DNA of 39,117 bases from Parvularia atlantis (lineage: Eukaryota): NCBI GenBank assembly GCA_943704415.1, contig CALSCO010001273.1, forward strand, positions 1-39,117. Reading direction: 5' to 3'. Both the position numbers and the translations under genes were made by a program. Below, one piece after another: positions 23,731 to 33,425 of this stretch (within the stretch, counting starts at the first letter, position 1; the number at the start of each line of letters is the position of its first letter). Below the pieces are notes generated by a model. It was not told the DNA's origin. It was given only the letters and a program-made list of their open reading frames with translations, and did no database searches.

Positions 23731-26700
23731 ATGTCTGGGTCGCGATCGGTGTCGCTGTCGTCGGCCGTGTCGATGGGCGCGGCCAGCAGTGCACCAGGCG
23801 AGGCCGGGCCGCTGTCAAGCGCGCGCACGGCCGTCCCGGACCAGGTCATGCGCATGCGCGTGCAGATCGTCCGGCACCGGCGCATCATCGCCGTCCTAGG
23901 CACGCTGGACGTCGCCCTCGTGCTCTTCTTCGTCCTTCTCGGCGCCGGCGGCTACGCCTCGCTCAGCGAGTGGATCGATGAGCAGGCGCGCAGCCCGGCG
24001 TGCGCACGCTCGACGTGTGCCACCGAGGGCTGACACTCTGCCGCCGCAGGTCCGCGGCTTCACGTACGTCTCGAGCCTGTTCGACCTGCTCGGGCTCGCC
24101 GTCGTGCGCTTCCTGCTGCTGGCGCTGTACGCGCTCGACTTCTGGGTACGCCCCCCACGCGTGCGCCGCTGCGGCATCCCGTGCCGACCCGCCCGCGCCC
24201 CCGATGCGCAGTTCTTCGGGCTGTTTGCGGTGCCGTTGCTGTTCTGCCTCGCGTCCGTGCCGTACGCGTTCGTCAAGGCCATCTTCGTCAACTTCACGAC
24301 GGCGCCGTGGGAGGCGCAGGCGGTCATCGCGACGTCGCTGGCCGTCGCCCTCGTTGAGACGCTCCTGCTCGTGCGCGGCATGCAGCTGCACTTGCGGTGC
24401 GCATCGGCTGCCGCGATCGCCACGGGCTCTGAAGGTTGGGCGGGCGGCTCGCACAGCAAGCTGCACCGCAAGCGCCAGGCCAAGCGCCAGACCAAGCGCC
24501 AGAGCATGCGCACGTTCGCGCGCGCCGACGAGCACACGCCTTTGCTCAAGCAGCAGGCGCGCGCCGTGGCCGTCCCGTCCACCGGCGGGCACTCGTCCAA
24601 CCTGCACGCCGACGACCTGCTCTTCTTGGGCAGCGCAGACGTGGTGCGCGACACGCCCGCCGCTGGCCGCACGCAGGCTGACGGATGACGCGATCGCAGC
24701 AGTTTGCCACGCCGCCGGAAGGGCCGGTCGACGACGACGATGGAAACGTCGAGCGGCTCGCGCTGCTCGGCGACGCGTCGTACGCCAAGCTGGACGGTGC
24801 GCCGCTGCATCGGCACGCGCCCACATGCGATGCTGACAGTGCGGCGGATGACAGAGCGCGTGCGGCAGGTGCAGAGCCCGATGCACAAGCTTGTCATGCG
24901 CGGCGTGTACCTGACGTGGGACAACAACTTTGCCGAGGCGCGTCTGCACAAAGCAGCAGCAGCTGCACCCCGTGGCTGACCACACGCGCTTGCACAGGCC
25001 GAGGCCGAGCTCGTGCAGCTCATGACGTGCTCGCCGCGGCACATGCTGCACCACGGCGAGATCAACCTGGTCAAGCAGGCGATCACAGGGCGGCTGAGCG
25101 AGCGCGACTCGCTGTTGAGCGCGCTCGACAAGGTGGATGCGCACGTGGCGCGCGTGCTCGCGAGCGACCAGAGTGTGGTGCGTGCGTGCGCGCGCACGGT
25201 CCGCGCCAGGCGTAGCTGACCGCTTGTCGCGTGCAGCTCGAGCTGGCACGAATAATGCAAAACCAGCTAATGCACTACGAGACGCGCCACCGCGAGGGGC
25301 GCAGCTGGGCCAATGAGATGCTCGGCGCCGACGTGCTGCGCAATTACCGCTGGGACATGCAGATTGTCGCCGCCGACGCGGTGCTGTGGCGCGCGCTGTT
25401 CCAGGTGCGTTCGCGGCGCAGCGTCACGCGCGGCTGAGACGCGGGCGTGGGCGTGGGCGTGCAGCTCGGCGGCGGAATGGAGGTGCGCGGCGCGTACAAC
25501 CTGCGGCGAGCGTGGAAGGCGTACGAGGGCCTGCAACGCGAGATCACGACGGCCAAGACGCGCGGCCAGTTGGTGCACGCGAGCGTCGAGATGGCGCTCA
25601 AGTTTGGCGTGGGCCTGTTTTACTTCCTCGTGTCGATCGTGCGCATCCAGCAGCCGTGCACGCGCGTGCGCTCGGCTGACGCGGGCGCAGGTTCCGGGCC
25701 AGTTCCTCACGCTGCTCGAGATCATAGGGTTTCGCGCCAACCGCGACCTCGGCGTGCAGCTGCTGCACGAAGTGCAGAAGGCGCGGAACGTATGCGACCA
25801 AGCTGTCTGTGCGCTGACGTGCTCGCTCGCAGGACGGCGGCGTACGGTCACCGATGGCGTCGCTCGTGCTGCTCATGAACTATCTGTTCATCCCCCGCGC
25901 GCTGAGCGACGTCAAGGAGCTGCTGGGCCACGCCGAGCCAATCGTAAAGGACTGCCTGAGCGTGATGCCGTGCGTGGCCGGCTGTGCACGCGGACCGCAC
26001 CGAGCGCTGACTGGCTGCGTGCGCCGCGCAGCAACGGCACCATGTTCTTGCTCATGGCCAGCCACTACGCGCGCAAGACGGGCGAGGTCGACGACGCGAT
26101 CCCGTGCGACCGTGCACCGTGCGAATCGCTGTTGCTCCCCTGACACGCCCGCGCACAGATATCTGACCAAGGCCATCGCCGAGTGCCAGCGCGTGCAGCT
26201 GGTGCGCAGGCTGGTCGCGCGCCCCGCCGTGCTGTGACTTGACGCGCTCGCCCTGCGCATGCAGCCGCCAAACAACTACCTGTTTGAGCTCGGCCTGTGC
26301 TGGTACATGAAGCTCGACTGGCCGGCGGCGGCGCGCATCTTTGAGCGGCTCGTGCTGGACGACGCGAACCAGTTTGAGATGTGCGTGGCGCACGCTTGCG
26401 TTGTGAAGCTGAAGCTTGACGTCGCGGCGTGCGCGCGCTCACAGGAAGCCGATGGCGTGCATCCAGCTGAGGCGAGTGCGGGTGGGCATTTTTGGCACGC
26501 ACGTGTCGCTGACGCTCGCGCAGCTCGTGCTACATCGCAATGGGGCGCGAGGACGACGCGTTCAGGCAGCTGGCGCGCGTGCCGGCGCTGCTGCTGAACA
26601 AGGCGAGCCGCGGCACTGCGGGCGCGCGTGGCACGGGCCGCACTGACGGGCGCGCCGCAGTCGAACCGCTTCGCAAAGATCGCCAAAGCCAAGGCTGAGC

Positions 26701-27394
26701 GCATTGTGCGCCGGCGCAAGGCGCCCTTCCTCGCGTTCGACTTCCTGTACCTGCGCCGCGACATGGCGCACATGGGTGCGGCCGCGGCGTACGGTCCACG
26801 GTGCGCGTGCCTCACGCGGCGCGCGCAGGCGAGGCCAACCTGCAGCGCTCGCTCAAGCTGATCAAGGACCTCGAACGCGTGCGTCGCCCCGATATCGCGC
26901 TGCGCCGCGCGCGCTGCCTCACCGGGCACGGTGGCGGCGGCAGACGACCGACGACGTTGAGACGCGCGCGGTGTACGTGCTGCTGTACGGCGCCAACCTC
27001 AAGTTCCTGCGCCGGCTGGACGAGGCGCTGGCGGTGCTCGGCGAGATCAAGCAGCTGGAGAAGCGCGTGGTCGAGGTGCGCGCGCGGGGTGAGCGTGCGC
27101 GTGTGAGGCCGACGGCGGCGCGGGCAGGAGCGCTATACGATCCCGTTCGCGTTCTACGAGATTGGCGAGATTCTTTACAAGCAGCGGCGCGTGGTCGAGG
27201 CCGAGGAGGCGTTCCGCTACGTGCAAAACTTCCGCGGCAACTACGACGTGCGCCGCCCGCTGCTCGCGCCCGTGCCCGGCGCTGCTGACGCGGTCGCGCG
27301 CACGCAGTTCTCGGACGTGCTGCGCAACCGCATCCGCCTGTGCTTCGTGCAGATCGCGAAAGACCGCGAGGGCGAGGCCAATGCGTCGCGATGA
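23731..27394 (+). CDS. TTC39/Iml2 (TPR_39/DUF3808) family protein with N-terminal MENTAL-like transmembrane domain and FFAT-like motif; about 17 introns
   Basis: TTC39 signature GAYNLRRAWKAY..KFGVGLFYFLVSIVPGQFLTLLEIIGFRANRDLGVQLL..GGVRSPMASLVLL..PNGTMFL..FELGLCWYMKLDW..PFAFYEIGE. Upstream TM exons splice in frame into it. The start may lie further upstream. Confidence 0.8.
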
Positions 27395-27422
27395 GCCATG
27401 TACAACCAGAGCACTGCCCCGA

Positions 27423-27704
27423 TCACTCGCTGCGTGCGCACGCGATGCACGGTCAGCCACGGGGCGCGGGTGCGGGCGCGGGCGCGCGCGCACATGATCG
27501 GGCGCGGGTTGTCCTGCGTCACGCGGTTCTGGCGCCGGCGCGCCTCGGCGCTGCCGTCCTCCTTGTTCTTGCCGCCGCTGCGTTGCGCGGGGGCCGGCGT
27601 CAGCGGCGCGCGCTGATCGGCCCACGTGCGCACCGCCGGCGCGCGTCCTGGCTGGCCTTGCTGAGGAACTGCTGGAAGCGCGGTGAGGCGATCGAGTACA
27701 GCAT
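27423..27704 (-). CDS. Small spliced ORF (53 aa as predicted), unknown function; 5' end uncertain
   Basis: Two canonical introns (27633-27578 and 27493-27430, GTGCGC..GCTGAC..GCAG) join MLYSIASPRFQQFLSKASQDARRRGGKNKEDGSAEARRRQNRVTQDNPRPIIE*. Confidence 0.5.
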
Positions 27705-28745
27705 CGCTCGATTGGCGCGTCCACGATGGCAAAGTGCCTGCCGTTGCCCACATCACCCGGCCGTTCCCAGCCCCCGTGCTGCTGAGGACGAGATCGCGCG
27801 GTGGGACGTGTGACGGCGCGGCATGTCGGCAGCCTGCGTGGCGCGGGTGCTTTGCCAGTGCCGCCGCGCGATGCGCCGCGTGTGTGGGACCGGCCGCGGA
27901 GCGGGCCGAAATCGCCCGTGCGCCGCGTCCGAGATGGCCGCACTTTGTTTGCGGTGGGCAAAGAAGAATTTCCGCGCTGGGGTCGGAGCCCGTGGCCCTG
28001 GCGACCAACGAGAAGGGCATTCGCTCTCACGCGCACGCTGGGGGGGGGGACCGCGTGGTCAGATTGCGACTGGGGCGTGGCACGCGGGCTCATTTCACGC
28101 CTCGCGCCCACCCGTCTCTCTCCGCGCGCGCGGTGTGGGCGCGGGTGGGCCAGAGTGGGCCGGGCGCGCGGTGTGGTGCGGCGCTGGGGGCGCTGCAGGG
28201 ACCACATAAGCCATCATATCCGTGACGGCACTGGCATCTCTTGTCAGCTGCGCGCGCTGAGTTGTCGGCGTCTGCAACTGCGCCCGCGCGCGCGAGCCCC
28301 TTGCGCGTCTCACGCCCTCTCTCCTGCTCCATTGCGCGCATCCGCCGCCGGCCGCACGTGCGCCGGCCGCTGCTGCTGACGGATCTGCGCCGCCGGGCCC
28401 GACCACTCCGCCCCAGCGTGTCTCACGTGCGCCCCACTTCTTACTTCCGCGCGCTGTGCGCCTCGTGCCGCGCCGTGCCGCGCCGCGCCTCGTGCCGCGT
28501 CCGTGCGCCTCGTGCACCGCACCCGCTGCGCCGCGCCGTCGCATTCGCGCGCGCGCGGCGCGTGTGAGCCATGTGGCGGCAGCCGTTGCCACATATATCG
28601 AGAGCTCATCTCGCGCCTCCTCGTGCGGCTTTTTTTTTTTTTTTTGCGCACGAAAATGCCGGGGCCCAGGCCCCGCAGCTGCCTGCGGCAGTGCCCGCGC
28701 CCGTGCCCGGCCCCTTTCACCCGCCACGTCACGGCGCCGTCAGGC

Positions 28746-28786
28746 CCGGCCGTTGCGCGCCGGCCGTTGCGCGCCGGCCGTTGCGC
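28746..28786 (+). repeat. 14-bp tandem repeat (ccggccgttgcgcg, about 3 copies) between poly-T tracts
   Basis: Directly visible; T-runs at about 28630-28645 and 28804-28812 flank it. Confidence 0.75.
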
Positions 28787-29289
28787 CTCCCGCGCTGTGG
28801 GACTTTTTTTTTTCCTTTCTTTGCCTTTTCGGCTCGCTATGCTCGACGCTGCCGGCTGCTCCTGCGCGGCTCTCAGGCGGCGCGCGGTGAGCGGGGTGCG
28901 GCGCGGCCGGCGGCGGTGCGCGGCGGCCGCAAGACCGTCGTCGGTCGCGGTCCGATAGCGCCCCGTGCGTTGCGTTGCGCACTATTGCTTGCTGACGCCC
29001 CGGCGCGCGCGCTCTGCAGCAGGGGCATCCGTCGAGGACGCGGCCGCCGCTCGTTTCCCAGAACGGCCCTGCGAGTCGCGGCGTCACCCACAGCCCATCT
29101 CGGCCCACCCCTGTCGCTCCCACCGCGGCCGTATGCCGGATACGCCCACGTGCTTGCCCGCCCCCATTGCCCGCCGCCAGCGCCTCTGCCGCCGATCCAT
29201 CGCGATCGCGATCTGCGCCGGCGCATCCGCTGCCAGCGCGTGCGCCTAGGCCCGCCTCGCCGCGCGGCCCGCCCCCCCGCCCGCGATAG

Positions 29290-30760
29290 ACGACCACTAC
29301 GGCGGCACCGATCGGTCGCGCGGACAACGAGCCTGACAACGACGACGACCAGCCGCCGCGCCTCCTTAGCCTACCGCGCCAGCCCGTGCACCCGTCCGGC
29401 CCGGCGACCTACCCCTACACCTTCGTCGCCGGTGGCGGCGGGAGCGGCGGCGGCAAGGACGCGCTCAGCGCGCTCGTGCACGTCGCCGCGGCCTCGCCCC
29501 TTCTCTCGCTCTCGGCCAGCGCCTCGCTCTCGGCCAGCACCGCCTCGTTCTCGTCGCTCGCGTCGGCGTGCCCCTCGCCTGTGCTGCAGCTGGCACGCCT
29601 CGCGCGGGTCGGACTGATGGTGCGCGCTGCGGTGGGTGAGACGCGCTTGTTCCACCCGGAACTGATCCACGCGTTTCGACCAGGGTGAGACCGCTCTCCC
29701 CTCGTCGCCGCACCCGGCCCCGCCGCACGACCCGACTGAGCCGCGCGGCAAGCGGCGGCGCATCGCGCCCGGGGCCGCGTCGCACCCGCAATCGCCTTCC
29801 TCGCCGTCGTCGTCGTCCTCCTCCTCGAACGCCTCGCCCAACGCCGCGCGTGAGCCCGATGCCCGCGAGCGGCGCGCGCGCGCGAACGAACCGAACACAC
29901 GCAAGCGCGGTCGCCCAACGCTCGCAGACAGGTCGGTCGACGTGCCAGGTGCGCGGCCGAGGCCGGCCGGTCGTCGCCGTGGCCCTGACCGCGCCGCACG
30001 CTCAGCCGTGCGTTTCGACGCGTTTCACGCGCGGCCCATTCTGCCGCTCCCACACCGGCACTCGGCAGACGCGGCCCTCTTGACGTCGCCGCGGCTTAGC
30101 CCGCCGTGGCACCCGTCGCTTGTGCCTCGCGACCCGCCGAGCCCCTGGACGCTCGCGCCGCAGCAGCTGGGCCTACCTGGCAACTTCACTGCGCTGAGCG
30201 AGTCGTCGCAGCGGGCGTCGCTCGAGCCGAGCGCGCACCCGTTTGCGACGTTTCACGCTGGCCCGTTCGACCAGTTTGCGCGGCACGGCTTGACTGGGAC
30301 ACTGCCGTCAAGCAGCACGGGCCCGGACGCGCTAGACAACCCACTCGCGCCACGACTGCCGAATCCGAATGCAACGGGTTTCTGGACGCAGCGCCAGCCG
30401 GGCCCGCTCGTGGCGCATCTGGCGTCGCTGCCGTTGGTGCTGCCGCTCGGACAGTCGATGCCGCCGCCCCTGCCGCCGCCGCACCCGGGCTACGAGCCGC
30501 GCGTGCCCGAGCCCCGCCGGCGCGCACACGTCTCGCGCGCGTGCGGCAACTGCAAGAAGGCCCATCTCGCTTGCGACGTCGGCCGGCCGTGCAAGCGCTG
30601 CGTGCAGCGCGGTACCACTTGCGAGGACACGCAGCACCGGCGGCGCGGACGTCCACCGCGCGAGGACCCCTCAACGTCCGCACCGCCGACCAGCGCCCGG
30701 CCCGCCGCGGACGAGCGCGCCCCGGCCATGTCGCTGCGGCGTGTGGTTCACCAAGACTGA
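29290..30760 (+). CDS. Zn(II)2Cys6 binuclear-cluster transcription factor; 5' exons uncertain
   Basis: SRACGNCKKAHLACDVGRPCKRCVQRGTTC (C-x2-C-x6-C-x5-C-x2-C-x6-C) at 30542-30622. Upstream Ser/Pro-rich exons splice in frame from an acceptor near 29289; the start codon is probably further upstream. Confidence 0.75.
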
Positions 30761-31006
30761 TCACCGTTCGACCGATCGCGATACGCTCACACTCACAGAC
30801 CCACCTTTGCCCACCTTACTCACCAATAGACGGCACACGATCTGTATCTCCTTTCCCCCTTTCTCCATCCCGACACCCGTTGAGCTCCCGCTCCGGAATG
30901 CAAGGCATGCAAACCTTTCTTTGCTTTGAACAGCGGTCACCGCACGGCCACAGAGGAGACGGAGAACCAAGTAAGGGACGACCCTACCACGCGACGACAG
31001 AAGCGC

Positions 31007-33163
31007 TCACTTGCTCAGCGCCGCGGCCAGGCGCTTGCGATACCCGTCGAGCACGGCCTGGTACTCCTCGGCCAAGTTCTCAACGCCGTTCCACAGCGGC
31101 AGGCGCGTCTGGTCGCGGATGTTGCGCTGTGGTTGTGCGCGGGGCGGGTCAGCGCGAGGCAGCCGCGAGACGGGTGCGAGCGCGCACCTGTGCCACCCAC
31201 ACCGCCGAGTTGCACTTGAAGCCCGAGCCGAAGGCGATCTGCCAGACACGGTCGCCCGACTTGATCAGGTTGTGCGACTCGATGAACGAGAGCTCGTACC
31301 AGATGGACGAGGATGAGCTGCGGCGGTGGCGGCGGGCGCACGTGAACACGCGCGCAAAAACACACGCCGCGCGAGCGCCCCGGGCACGCACGTGTTGCCC
31401 ACGCGGTTCAGCGTCGCGCGCGACGGCAGGACGTGGTGCGGCTCGAGCTTGAGGTTCTGCTCGAGGCCGTCGATCACGGCGCGGCCGCCAGCGTGGATGC
31501 AGTAGTGCTGCACGGCCTTCTTGAAGTTGGGCGTGTAGGGCTTGACGTCGCGCCGTCCGAGGAACTTGCGTTGGGCGTAGTTAAAAAGGAACCTGGCCTG
31601 CTCGTCCAACGGGAGGATGAGCGGGCCGAGCATCGTCAGGTTCGTCTTGAGCGCGTCGCCCGCGACCTTGACCAGGTCCTTGGACAGGCGCACGCCGATC
31701 GTGCCCTGGGCGTCCTCGAGCTGGTAGACCGAGTTGTACGCGACGTCGTCCGAGGCCTTGTGCACGCGCACGGTGTGCAGCAGGCGGTACTTGGCGCGCC
31801 ACGAGTCGCGCGAGCGGTTCGACAGCAGCACCGCAGCGCCGCCCATGCGGAAGAGGCAGTTGGACACCATCATCTCCTGCACGCGGCTGTGAGCGGTCTG
31901 CATTCGCGCACGCGCTCCGGGGCCACGCAACCTTCTCGTTGGCGCGGTACCAGTTCTGCGTGATGTTCTCCGTGCTGATTACGACTGCGATGCTGTTCGG
32001 GTGCACGCGCAGCAGGTCCTTGGCCAGGTCGAGCGAGATCACGCCCGCGCTGCAGCCCATGCCGGCCAGGTTGTAGTTGCGCACGTTCTCGCGCATCTTG
32101 TACTTGTTGATGATCTGCGCCGCCGCGGGCGCCGGTGAGCCCGCACGCACACGGCGCGCGGCCGGCCGCGTGCGCACGCACCATCGCCGCCAGCGACGGC
32201 GTCGGGTTGAACAGCGAGCAGTTGACGATGAGGATGTCGACGTCCTTCGGGCGCGTGCCCGTCTTGGCGAACAGCTCCTCGAGGCACGTGCCCATGACGT
32301 AGTCGGCCTCGCCGCGCGCGGCGGCCATGTCGCACTTGGGCGGGAAAGTGAACATCGCTGCGCACGCACACACGCTCGCTCAGCACGCGCGCACGCGGCG
32401 GGCATACACGCGCACCCGGCGGCATGTACGTGCGCTCGCCCAGGCCCGAGCGGCGTAGGATCTTGTCCTGGAAGTCCTCCGACTCCTTCGTGAAGGCCTT
32501 GGTCTTGCGCGTGATGTCCTGCGCGCGGAGCGGTTCGGTCAGCCGCCACGCAGCGCTGCCGCTCGCCACCACAGGTGCACCATGAAGAAGTCGAAGCTGA
32601 TCATGTACTTGTCGTCCGGGTGGAGCACGGCAAAGTCGACCAGGTACACCTGAGGGCTGCGCATGAGCATGGTGATGACGAGGAGGATGATGATCGTGAT
32701 GAAGACGACGAGCATGATCAGGTCGAGCTCGAGCGACGACAGCGTGCCGGCGAGCAGCTGCGCGCGGACGTGTCAGCGGGGCCCGCGCCGGTCGACACAG
32801 CGTGCGCGCACCTCATAGCGGCCCACGAGCGTGTTGCGCGCGGCCTCGAGCGAGAGCAAGATGCGCGTCGAGTGCGTCCACAGCAGCAGCGCCGCAAGGG
32901 TCACGACGAGCGCGTAGAGGATGCGCCGTTCGGCGAGCGAGTGCTGCTCGAAGCCCTGCTGCACCTCGCGGAAGTCGACTGGGCTGCCGCATAGGGTCAG
33001 ATTCGGCGCGAGATTTGCGTGCGCGCGTGCCACCGCACCGGTCCTCCGTCACGCCGACCGAGCGGTAGTCCTTGCGGGGCGGCTGCTGCTGGGCCGCCGC
33101 GCTCGCCGCCGCCGGCGCTGGTGCCGTCTTCACGTCCGACGACGACGGCGACGGTGCGTCCAT
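31007..33163 (-). CDS. KCS: 3-ketoacyl-CoA synthase (FAE1/CUT1-type very-long-chain fatty acid condensing enzyme); about 8 introns
   Basis: N-terminal TM segments, [119 protein letters not shown]. Confidence 0.93.
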
Positions 33164-33425
33164 GTGACCAAACAGTAAATAGGTTGCGGACATTTCCAGG
33201 CGCGTCTGATGGGCAGCGTGACGTGTACATATGCTCATGTTCCACAGTCTCGTTGTTGTTGGGCGGGCGCGCATTGCTCCTCTCGCCCGGCGTCGCGCGC
33301 GCTCGTGCGCGTTATGGCCACTGCGGTGGCTGCGGGGTCTGTGGCGCAGGGGAGGATGGCTGGGGGGGGCGCGCGGCGCTCGCACGTTGTTTACCACGGC
33401 AGCGCCGCAGCACCAAGGCAGCGCG

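Noticed and set aside
25781..25832. Additional GC-AG intron in the TTC39 gene
   Set aside because: An in-phase GTATGC donor 9 nt downstream is equally plausible, so it was not counted.
27760..29280. Several 100-380 aa Arg/Ala/Pro-rich ORFs
   Set aside because: No recognisable domain and they cross poly-T tracts and simple repeats; expected in high-GC DNA, although 5' exons of the flanking genes may lie here.
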